Origin: Candidatus Micrarchaeota archaeon | GTDB taxonomy: Archaea; B1Sed10-29 | NCBI GenBank assembly: GCA_964579265.1 | Contig: CAZOFO010000014.1 | Coordinates: 1 to 15,257 of the forward strand | Reading direction: 5' to 3' | DNA length: 15,257 nt | Shown: positions 1-7,931 of the stretch, in pieces | How the letters are laid out: each line of letters starts with the position of its first letter | Numbering within the stretch: the stretch's first letter is position 1 | The notes under the pieces: model-generated | Told to the model about the DNA's origin: nothing | What the model saw: only the letters and a program-made list of their open reading frames with translations | Databases searched by the model: none | Program-made: the position numbers and the translations under genes

Positions 1-3000
1 CCATCTAATGAACCTCTAAATCTACTATCCTCTTTACCTATTGGCTCGAAACCAATCCCTACTTCCCAGTACTCAATATCAGGGTTCTCATCTCCATCAT
101 CTTGTTGGTGAGATTCTATACATTTCAGATAGAATTTCTGGTCTTCTAATATGAATGATACTATATCATCTCTTTCATATTGTTTTCCCGCTTCCCATTC
201 TCCTTCGTAATTTGATTCATCAAATACTACATCCTCATATCCTTCAGTATCTTCATCAATATCGTTTATCAAAGTATAGTCTCCTTCTAAATCATATCTA
301 ACTCTATCTAAGTCGTACCAGTCTTCGATCTCGTAAGATATTTCGAAGGGGAATCCTAATCTTGGATAATCCTCATCCTCTTCTATGTGCCAAGTTTCAC
401 CATCCCATTCTCCAACTGTAGCTATATCCCACGGTTCACTTAGATTTTCGTATTCTTTAAAGTCGTTGTTATTGTATAGTTCAACGGTTTTCATATCTTC
501 TTCAGGTGCTTCTGTGACTCTCCCTGATTGACTTCCTTGTTCCATTCCTATTAAAGGAAAATCACTTTCAAGAGCAATGGAATCTACAGTATCACTATAT
601 TGTTCTTCAAATCCTACAAGTGACCCTACTACAATATTTTCATTTTGGATATTCTTATTTATTGAAGTTGTTGAATAACTATTTATTATTAAGTCATTAT
701 CGTTGTAACCTACTAAACCACCAATTGATAGAGCTTCTCCTTCTTCTCCCATAATTTCTAAATTTTCAATTATTTCCCCTTCCGAATAAGAATTCTTCAG
801 CGTGGAGACCGGCCCTCCAAAACTTTGCTCTAGGTATCCAACTAATCCTCCTACAGTTACTTCTACTCCTCCAGGCCCTATTGTTCTAGGTCCAATATCT
901 GAAGATTCTAATTCTCCAATTATTTTTACAGTTGAATTAGAGCTACTCTCTATTACATGACTTCCATGACCAACAAGCCCTCCTATAGCACCTTGATGAC
1001 CTAGATTAGTGGTGTTTAAAGTTACTTCCCCACTTGACTGAGAATTTTTAACTGTATGAGGAGCAACCACATCAGACCCAACTAATCCCCCTATCATTGT
1101 ATGAGGTCTCTCTCCCTCTGATAGAACCTCACCATTGAATTTTGTATTTTTGATTTCACCACCTTGGCTCATGCCTACTAAGCCACCTACGATCATTTCT
1201 CCTGATATATTTCCCTCTGCATAAGAGTCAAAGACAGTTGATTGATGATCCAAGTTTCCAACTAATCCACCTACCATAACTTCTCCGTGGACAGAACCCT
1301 CAACATAAGAATTAGAGACATAACTACCTTCACTAATTCCTATCAATCCACCTGCTACCATTCTTTCAGCAGGCTCTTCTGCTATTTGAATCGTTGAACC
1401 ATTAAAATTTGAATCTTGAATACTACTATCTTGGCTTGCACCGACTAATCCACCTGCAATCTCTGATCCAGTCACCTCTCCTTCGAAATAAGAGTTTTTA
1501 ATAATTCCTTCAGCAATTATCGCAATCAATCCTCCAGCTCCAGTCTCACCTGTATCTCCCATAGTGCCATTGATTTTTCCCTGAGCATAAGAATTGCTTA
1601 TTTCTCCTCCTACACCCATATTCACTAGAGATGCTGCTATTTGTCCGGTTATATTCACATTTTCCATACCTATATTTTCAAATACTGCTCCTTCTGAATA
1701 TCCAAATAAACTTACATTATCCTCCGGCCTGTTTATATGTAAATCTTCTATAGTATGGTTTCCTCCATCAAAAGAACCTGTGAAATCATCTGTATCATTG
1801 CTGAGAGGCTCCCAACCCTTCCCGTCGTTTGCTAATTCTTGTGTATTAGTATTTTTAACTAACTCGTCATAACCATCAGTGTATCTATCCAAGTTTTCTA
1901 TAACTTTGAAATGAGAATCTAAATAATTTCTAACATTATCTAGATGATACCAATTTTCTATCTGATATGGATTATCCTCTGATCCTTCTCCACCCGCAAA
2001 CTCTTCAAAGAAATTAGCGGAAATAGAAGTATCTTCAACTATAGTCACCTGAATTAATTTTTGTTCTTTCATTTCTTCCGGTATATTACCTTCCCAACCA
2101 GTAAATCTCCATGCTTCATCTGGAATTGCTTCGATGTAGACACTAGTTAATGCAATTAGTTCCTCTTCATGAGGTACATCTATTTCTTCTCCGTTTACTT
2201 TTATCTCTCCTTCACCTTCTTTGTCTATAGAGAGAGTATAATCCTCTATATTTTCTTCATCTTCGTATATGTACCATGTTGGGGAGTTTTCTTCGTATTC
2301 CCAGGATAGGAAAGGGTATCCGTCATTGTAGTCCTCGTAATCTTCATCCGTGTTGAAATCTATGTCCCATCCTCCAAACCCATAGATTTTGAAGTTTTGC
2401 ATTTCTGCTGTCGTTTTTCCTATTCCTCCGTCGCTTTCATCTTGTCCAGAGGTTTCTGTGTCCCAGTATGAGTTTTGGGCTTCGCTGTAGGTGTTGTTTT
2501 GGCTCCCTATTAGTCCTCCTGTGTATTTTTCTCCAGTTATGTTTCCGGTGGAGTAGGAATTGATTATTTTTCCTGACCAGTCTTCGTTGTATCCGTTTCT
2601 TCCGGTTAGTCCTCCTGTGTGTTTTTTTCCTTGTACTTTGCTTTGTGAGTATGAGGAATTTACTGTTCCTCCGTTTCTTCCTATTAGTCCTCCTGTGTAG
2701 TTTGCTCCTTTTACATTTCCTGTTGCGTATGATTTTTCAATTCCGTATTCATAGTCATAATGTTCTCCGGTTAGTCCTCCTATAAAATCTTCTCCTTTTA
2801 CTTGTCCTGTAGCGTATGATTGAGATAGATCACCATAGTTATATCCGATTAAACCGCCAACATTACTTTCTCCTGTTACTTCTCCAGATGCATACGAATC
2901 ACTAACACTTCCCCCATCGTTCTCTCCTATTAAACCACCAACATACCAATCTCCTGTTACTGAGCCAGTTGCAGTAGAATTAATAACTTTTCCATTAGTA

Positions 3001-5513
3001 TATCCTGATAATCCTCCTACACTACTTGAACCTTCACCTGTTTCTACATCTCCTGTTGAAATTGAGTTCTTAATCTCTGCTCCGTCAAAATAACCCGTTA
3101 ATCCTCCTATCCCCCAAGATTCATTACCAGTAATCACAGAACCTGTTGAATGAGAACCATATATGTCTCCATCGTAATGACCTCCTACCAGTCCTCCTAT
3201 TTCATATTCATAGTTTTCTCCGTATACATCAACCTCAGAGTGCGAATCAATTATATCTACATAGTAGGAAAACCCGATAAGACCTCCTACATCACCAAGA
3301 GTATCACCTTCTATGCTTCCAGTAGAGGAAGAGTTGTTAATTTCTCCATCATATATGTATCCTACTAAGCCTCCAATACCCCAAGGGCTATCTGGCACTT
3401 CTATATGTCCTGATGCATGTGAATCATGAATGTCACTATCTCGAATATATCCGACTAATCCTCCAACATTCCAAGTTCCTGGAGGAGCAGATATATCTGC
3501 CTCAGCATGAGAATTAATTATATCTCCGTATGACTCACCCATTAAGCCTCCAATATAACCTCCTCCTAAATTAATAGAAATGGAGCCGTTTTCAACGTAA
3601 GAATTATGTGTTTCTCCTTCGGTATAGCCTGCTAATCCTCCTACATTACTCGAATCAACAAGGTTAATGGACAGATCTTTTAATCCTAAATTTTTTATTT
3701 CACCTTCATTTTCTATATAACCGAATAATCCGTAGTAATCTCCGTTAAATCGATTAATAAATAGTCTTCTTATCTCGTGATTTTGACCATCTAAAATACC
3801 TTCAAATTCAACTTCATCACTCCAATCTTGTTCCCCTATCGGTTCCCAGCCTTTATACTGGGTTTCTGATAACTCGTAATCTACAGTAACATCATCCCAA
3901 TTACTGACACCGTATAAGTCAGATGGAGGTTCATCAAAGATAATGGTTCCTTCTTGATAGTTAACTTCATAATCATCTTCATTTGGTTCACCGTAATCTT
4001 CAATATTAATTGTCAGAGCTCCTTCTTTGATAGGGGAAAACAAAGTTTTAAATTCTTTATCTCTAGAATCTCCTATATACTCATCCTCAGAGTAATCTAC
4101 AGGTCTATTTTCCCCTACTAAATCATTATATCCTTCAACACTTTTATCCAGATCATTAGCTAGAGCAAAGTGAGTATTTTCTTCATAATATCTACCCTCT
4201 CCTACTCCATATTCTCTAAGGTTATCTAAATGATACCAATTTTCAATTTTATAAGGATTCTCCTCGGTTCCATCACCTTCTTCAAAATCAAGGAAGAAAT
4301 CGGCTGTAATTGATTTGTCTTGACTCATAGTGATATTTATTTCTTCATTTTCTTCTTCAGCCTCTGATACATCTCCTAACCAGATATCAAATACCCATCC
4401 ATCATAGTCAGTATAGGCATGAAGATTTATTTCCGTATACTCTGGATACACGCCACTATACGAATCATTGACTTCTTCACCGTTTATTTCTACTGTTCCT
4501 TTTCCATCTATATCTAAATCAAGTTCATAGTCTTCTCCAGTAACAAATTGGTTTATCTCTCCATTTTCTACTTCTTCTCCATCATCCCATTCTGCTACTG
4601 TTCTGAACTCATATAAAGTATCTGCTTCGAGATTATCTAAAGATTCGTCAAATTCACCTTCTTCAGTTAGAAATTTCTTATCCGTTTCAATCCATGTTTC
4701 TTCCCCCTGTTCTCTCCACTGGAAATAAACTTCTGACTCTCCAATATCTCCTAGATTAAGATTTCCTTTCAGAGTTGCAGAATAAGTCCCTACAGACTCT
4801 GGTTCAAAAGTTTCTACTAATCTTTTAGTTTTGAATTCTCTTATTTCACCATAATTAGTACCTGAGTCGATACCACCTCCACTGCTCCAACTTACTACTG
4901 CTCTAACCTCATATTCAGTATCAATATCCAGATTTTCTATTGATTCTTCAAATTCTTGAGAAGAATCTAAATACTTTGAATCAGTGCTGTTCCAAGTATC
5001 TTTTCCTTTTTCCCTCCATTCAAAATAGACATTAGAACCTGTTAAACCAGTAAAGTTAGTTTTACCTTCAAGAGAAGCAGATAAAGTATCTATATCCGTT
5101 GACTCGAAGGTTTCTATATAGGGTGTTACCGTAACACTAGTGTAATCATAATCCGTTACATCGTTACAATTCTCATAAGGATATTTAGGATGACCATAAG
5201 GATAACAATCACATTCTTGACCATCAGCTTCAATACTTACTGTATGTTCACCTACAGAATCCCAAGCATTAGTAGTTACTTTATCTCTAGAATCCCAATA
5301 ACTACCATCATTATTCAAATCCCATCCATAGAATGTAGCACCACTAGAACTGCTTCCATCCAAAGTTATCTCTTCTCCTACTAATCCATAATAAGGACCA
5401 CCTGCATCAGCGTTTACAGTCCTACACATAGTGCCCCAGATAGCAAAACCAGTTCCTGTAACTAATAAAAGAGAAAGAAGAACAAATGAACAAAGCTTTA
5501 ATAAGTTTTTCAT
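1..5513 (-). CDS. Giant secreted/cell-surface modular protein (>1837 aa, 3' end outside window): signal peptide, PKD, 2x FN3-like, B-repeat-like, GLUG module, B-repeat-like, GLUG module, start of third GLUG module
   Basis: ATG at 5513 gives MKNLLKLCSFVLLSLLLVTGTGFA (Sec-type signal peptide), then ADAGGPY..ITLDGSSS..YGWD (PKD). Two copies of ETFE..SAxLxG..VYFxWRExG..W..NL..DTxYExR (FN3-like). YxLxxDxxGxGxxxxNG..WxFxxWxG..IxAxF (B-repeat-like) occurs twice. Many VGGLVG/IGGLIG..NSY repeats. The frame at 5513 matches the frame at the left edge (..GFEPIGKEDSRFRGSLDG), and the ORF track lists no stop-terminated ORF in this frame. Confidence 0.93.
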   Translation of the reverse strand, partial: MKNLLKLCSFVLLSLLLVTGTGFAIWGTMCRTVNADAGGPYYGLVGEEITLDGSSSSGATFYGWDLNNDGSYWDSRDKVTTNAWDSVGEHTVSIEADGQECDCYPYGHPKYPYENCNDVTDYDYTSVTVTPYIETFESTDIDTLSASLEGKTNFTGLTGSNVYFEWREKGKDTWNSTDSKYLDSSQEFEESIENLDIDTEYEVRAVVSWSSGGGIDSGTNYGEIREFKTKRLVETFEPESVGTYSATLKGNLNLGDIGESEVYFQWREQGEETWIETDKKFLTEEGEFDESLDNLEADTLYEFRTVAEWDDGEEVENGEINQFVTGEDYELDLDIDGKGTVEINGEEVNDSYSGVYPEYTEINLHAYTDYDGWVFDIWLGDVSEAEEENEEINITMSQDKSITADFFLDFEEGDGTEENPYKIENWYHLDNLREYGVGEGRYYEENTHFALANDLDKSVEGYNDLVGENRPVDYSEDEYIGDSRDKEFKTLFSPIKEGALTINIEDYGEPNEDDYEVNYQEGTIIFDEPPSDLYGVSNWDDVTVDYELSETQYKGWEPIGEQDWSDEVEFEGILDGQNHEIRRLFINRFNGDYYGLFGYIENEGEIKNLGLKDLSINLVDSSNVGGLAGYTEGETHNSYVENGSISINLGGGYIGGLMGESYGDIINSHAEADISAPPGTWNVGGLVGYIRDSDIHDSHASGHIEVPDSPWGIGGLVGYIYDGEINNSSSTGSIEGDTLGDVGGLIGFSYYVDIIDSHSEVDVYGENYEYEIGGLVGGHYDGDIYGSHSTGSVITGNESWGIGGLTGYFDGAEIKNSISTGDVETGEGSSSVGGLSGYTNGKVINSTATGSVTGDWYVGGLIGENDGGSVSDSYASGEVTGESNVGGLIGYNYGDLSQSYATGQVKGEDFIGGLTGEHYDYEYGIEKSYATGNVKGANYTGGLIGRNGGTVNSSYSQSKVQGKKHTGGLTGRNGYNEDWSGKIINSYSTGNITGEKYTGGLIGSQNNTYSEAQNSYWDTETSGQDESDGGIGKTTAEMQNFKIYGFGGWDIDFNTDEDYEDYNDGYPFLSWEYEENSPTWYIYEDEENIEDYTLSIDKEGEGEIKVNGEEIDVPHEEELIALTSVYIEAIPDEAWRFTGWEGNIPEEMKEQKLIQVTIVEDTSISANFFEEFAGGEGSEDNPYQIENWYHLDNVRNYLDSHFKVIENLDRYTDGYDELVKNTNTQELANDGKGWEPLSNDTDDFTGSFDGGNHTIEDLHINRPEDNVSLFGYSEGAVFENIGMENVNITGQIAASLVNMGVGGEISNSYAQGKINGTMGDTGETGAGGLIAIIAEGIIKNSYFEGEVTGSEIAGGLVGASQDSSIQDSNFNGSTIQIAEEPAERMVAGGLIGISEGSYVSNSYVEGSVHGEVMVGGLVGNLDHQSTVFDSYAEGNISGEMIVGGLVGMSQGGEIKNTKFNGEVLSEGERPHTMIGGLVGSDVVAPHTVKNSQSSGEVTLNTTNLGHQGAIGGLVGHGSHVIESSSNSTVKIIGELESSDIGPRTIGPGGVEVTVGGLVGYLEQSFGGPVSTLKNSYSEGEIIENLEIMGEEGEALSIGGLVGYNDNDLIINSYSTTSINKNIQNENIVVGSLVGFEEQYSDTVDSIALESDFPLIGMEQGSQSGRVTEAPEEDMKTVELYNNNDFKEYENLSEPWDIATVGEWDGETWHIEEDEDYPRLGFPFEISYEIEDWYDLDRVRYDLEGDYTLINDIDEDTEGYEDVVFDESNYEGEWEAGKQYERDDIVSFILEDQKFYLKCIESHQQDDGDENPDIEYWEVGIGFEPIGKEDSRFRGSLD
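350..4290 (-). repeat. Two complete GLUG-motif repeat modules (approx 4290-2265 and 2005-350) inside the giant CDS; a third starts near 340
   Basis: Each module opens with (GxGxExNP)YxIExWYxLDxxR..GYxxLV/VV..GW/FEP..FxGxxDG. Degenerate (I/V)GGL(V/I)G..xSY repeats follow, and the module closes with EMQN/DMKT..WDI..YP. Confidence 0.85.
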
Positions 5514-5668
5514 ATCAATCTCTCCATCTAAATCCTCAATTTCAATTATCCTATTATAATTGTTTCTACTAGTATTGAAAGAATCACAGGTTTAAAAATA
5601 TTTACTTTCTCTTCTCTATATATTTGTAATATATGAGAACAGAGTTAAATTAGAGGAACAAGAAAAGA

Positions 5669-5700
5669 ATTGTGAAGTGATGAAGATGACCGATTACGAT
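5669..5700 (+). promoter_or_regulatory. Predicted kink-turn (box C/D-like) over the nop5 ribosome-binding site and start codon
   Basis: AUUGUGA (5669-5675) pairs with UUACGAU (5694-5700), 7 bp with 2 G-U. 3-nt bulge AGU, tandem G5679.A5693 and A5680.G5692, U.C, G-C, 7-nt loop containing AUG 5686. Contains an exact box C, GUGAUGA. Confidence 0.6.
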
Positions 5701-6489
5701 GAACTCAAGGAAAAGGCGATGGAGAAGACCAAGGAGAAGATGAAGGAGAAGAAAGAAGAAAGAGACCAAATAGCTATACAGGTAATCAACACGATAGATA
5801 ACCTGGATAAAACGAGCAACACGATGCTGGAGCAATTCAAAGACATATACTCACTTTACTTCCCCGAACTTGAAAAAGAAATTGAAGATCCTGACCTATT
5901 CCTGGAGTTAGCTACGGAGATAAGGAATAAAGATAAATTCACTGAGGAAAACTTGAAGGGAAGATTAGAAGATAAAGAGAAAATTGAGAAGATAAATGAA
6001 AAAGCTAAAAAATCAACCGGAGCGGATTTAAGCCAAGAAGACATGAAGAGAATAACTGAGATAGGGGAAATCGCATTGAAGATGAGGAGAGAAAGAAAAG
6101 AACTCGACGAATACCTTGAAGAGATAATGGAGGAAGCGGCTCCGAATCTAACTGAGATACTCGGATCAACAGTAGGAGCAAGACTATTATCCGAAGCGGG
6201 TTCGCTGAAAAAACTGGCTATGATGCCTTCCTCAACAGTACAGGTTCTCGGAGCGGAGAAAGCTCTTTTCGCTCACCTGAATAAGGATGTGAAGCCACCT
6301 AAACATGGTATAATATTCCAGTACCCGCAGATAAAAGGATCGCCAAGAGACAAGAGAGGAAAGATTTCCAGAAAAGTTGCTGCAAAAGCATCGATAGCGA
6401 GCAGGATAGATCAGTTCGATGGAGAATACAAAGGAGACGAACTTAAGGAGAAACTAGAGGAAGAAATAGAGAAAGTACTTGAAGAATAG
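5686..6489 (+). CDS. nop5: Box C/D RNP protein Nop5 (Nop56/58 family) with a short N-terminus
   Basis: RDQIAIQVINTIDNLDK..YSLYFPEL, APNLTEILGSTVGARLL, LAMMPSSTVQVLGAEKALF, PPKHGIIFQ, RGKISRKVAAKASIASRID are Nop-domain motifs. Start placed at ATG 5686 after SD-like AAGTGA; 5677 and 5680 are alternatives. Confidence 0.95.
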   Translation: MTDYDELKEKAMEKTKEKMKEKKEERDQIAIQVINTIDNLDKTSNTMLEQFKDIYSLYFPELEKEIEDPDLFLELATEIRNKDKFTEENLKGRLEDKEKIEKINEKAKKSTGADLSQEDMKRITEIGEIALKMRRERKELDEYLEEIMEEAAPNLTEILGSTVGARLLSEAGSLKKLAMMPSSTVQVLGAEKALFAHLNKDVKPPKHGIIFQYPQIKGSPRDKRGKISRKVAAKASIASRIDQFDGEYKGDELKEKLEEEIEKVLEE

Positions 6490-6503
6490 TACAGTAAAGG
6501 TTT

Positions 6504-6815
6504 TCAAAGTCTCTTTTTAATACTATCGATATTATTTATCTTTCTTTTCAATTCTTTTCTCTTTTCTTTCAATTCCTTTATGTCTCTACGTGTCATTTTC
6601 TGGTGTGGTGACTTTTTTCCCTTCTCGTATGGCACTATAGCTTTGTCTATTTCATTTACCCTGTCTTTGATTTCCTTTTCAGTATTTTCTATCTTTTCCT
6701 TGAATTTATCTAGCTCTTCTTCCTTTTTTCTTGCTTTGCTTAATTCACTTTCTAATCTTTCTGCTTTTTTGATGCTTTCCTTTATCTCTCTGTCATTTAT
6801 TCTGCTTCTCTTCAT
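6504..6815 (-). CDS. Hypothetical small basic K/E/R-rich coiled-coil protein (103 aa)
   Basis: ATG preceded by AGGTAA and an upstream TTTAAATA box. Purine-rich coding strand like neighbouring real genes. Fills the gap after nop5. Confidence 0.7.
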   Translation of the reverse strand: MKRSRINDREIKESIKKAERLESELSKARKKEEELDKFKEKIENTEKEIKDRVNEIDKAIVPYEKGKKSPHQKMTRRDIKELKEKRKELKRKINNIDSIKKRL

Positions 6816-6896
6816 TTCTATTACCTATTTGATGTTTTCCCGGCCTGGAGGATAGAGATATTTAAAGAGAAAATATATTAGTGATTGAATGATCTT

Positions 6897-7181
6897 TTAA
6901 CCATTTTCAATTTCTTCCTTCCTTTCCCTTAGTTCTCTAAGTTCTTTTAGTAATTTCTCTCTTTCTCTAGCTTTTTTCTTAGCTTTTTCTCTAGTATTTC
7001 CTTTCAAGTAACTTACTTTCGATATTGATTTGTTTAGAGTTTTGACTGCCTTTTCTTTCTTCTCCATTTTTTCTTCTATTTCTTCTTTGGATAGATTTTG
7101 AAATTTCTTTTCTTTTTCACCTATTCCGAAGTTCACTTCTCCGGCCTTTTCTCTTTTTTTCGTTTGATGTTTCTTTCCCAT
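6897..7181 (-). CDS. Hypothetical small basic K/E/R-rich coiled-coil protein (94 aa), possible paralog of 6504-6815
   Basis: TGATCA before the ATG and a BRE/TATA-like GGGGAAAAATTTATAAG about 30 nt upstream. Shares a VxYxKG turn with the neighbouring ORF. Confidence 0.72.
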   Translation of the reverse strand: MGKKHQTKKREKAGEVNFGIGEKEKKFQNLSKEEIEEKMEKKEKAVKTLNKSISKVSYLKGNTREKAKKKAREREKLLKELRELRERKEEIENG

Positions 7182-7210
7182 AGTGATCAGTTAGATAAAG
7201 TTCTACATTA

Positions 7211-7220
7211 CTTATAAATT
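7211..7220. promoter_or_regulatory. Candidate bidirectional TATA box for fibrillarin (+) and the 94-aa ORF (-)
   Basis: cttataaatt reads TTATAAA on + (25 nt before ATG 7244) and TTTATAAG on - (about 30 nt before ATG 7181) in a 62-nt divergent gap. Confidence 0.55.
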
Positions 7221-7243
7221 TTTCCCCACACTATAAGTATAAT

Positions 7244-7930
7244 ATGAGTGTGGAAGAGATTACTGATGGAATTTTCAGAGTAGATGGTAAAGTAGCCACG
7301 GAGAATTTGAATCCCGGTGAAAAGGTCTACGATGAGGATTTGAAGAAAGTTGATGGGGTTGAATACAGATTTTGGAATCCTTATAAATCCAAACCTGCCG
7401 CGGCTTTTCAGAAGAGGATAAGTGATTTTCCAATAAAAGAAGGGGAGGAAGTTCTTTACCTGGGAGTCGGGGATGGGACCACTGCAAGTCATTTTTCCGA
7501 TATAGTTGGTGAAGAAGGAGTTATCATAGGTGTTGATATCGCGGATAAGGCTTTTGAGAACTTCATGGATCTTTGTGAAAAAAGAGATAATTTGATTCCT
7601 GTTTTAGAAGATGCTAATAATCCTGGGATGTACAGTGAATACGTTCCTGGTGGAGATGAAGAGAGCGGGGAAGTAGATGTGATTTATCAGGATATAGCTC
7701 AGAGAGAGCAGACCGAGATATTGATCAAGAACGTGGAGAAGTACTTGAAGGATGGTGGGAAGTTCGTTTTGATGGTCAAGGCTAGAAGCATAGATGTTAC
7801 TAGGCCACCTGGAGATATATTTGAAGAGCAGAAAAAGATGTTGAAGAGTAGAGGCTATAAGATAGAAGAGATCAAGAGACTAGATCCTTTTGAGAAAGAT
7901 CATGCTATTATAATCGGTAGTAAAGATTAG
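7244..7930 (+). CDS. flpA: Fibrillarin-like rRNA/tRNA 2'-O-methyltransferase
   Basis: ATENLNPGEKVYDE, EYRFWNPYKSK, VLYLGxxxGTTxSHxSD, NLIPVLEDA, VDVIYQDIAQ, VKARSIDVT, LDPFEKDHA; lies near nop5. Confidence 0.96.
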   Translation: MSVEEITDGIFRVDGKVATENLNPGEKVYDEDLKKVDGVEYRFWNPYKSKPAAAFQKRISDFPIKEGEEVLYLGVGDGTTASHFSDIVGEEGVIIGVDIADKAFENFMDLCEKRDNLIPVLEDANNPGMYSEYVPGGDEESGEVDVIYQDIAQREQTEILIKNVEKYLKDGGKFVLMVKARSIDVTRPPGDIFEEQKKMLKSRGYKIEEIKRLDPFEKDHAIIIGSKD

Positions 7931-7931
7931 T

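Noticed and set aside
350..4290. CRISPR array or diversity-generating retroelement behind the repeats
   Set aside because: The repeats are degenerate and protein-level; no identical DNA repeats, reverse transcriptase or TR/VR pair were seen.
1594..5384. Plus-strand ORFs 1594-1872, 3150-3368 and 5190-5384
   Set aside because: Antisense shadows of the giant minus-strand gene, with no recognisable motifs.
5633..5653. Mini uORF MRTELN upstream of nop5
   Set aside because: Six codons, expected by chance, with no supporting signal.
7260..7284. Possible K-turn at the start of the fibrillarin coding region
   Set aside because: Tandem GA pairs can be drawn, but the bulge is only 1 nt and no stem forms with a 3-nt bulge.
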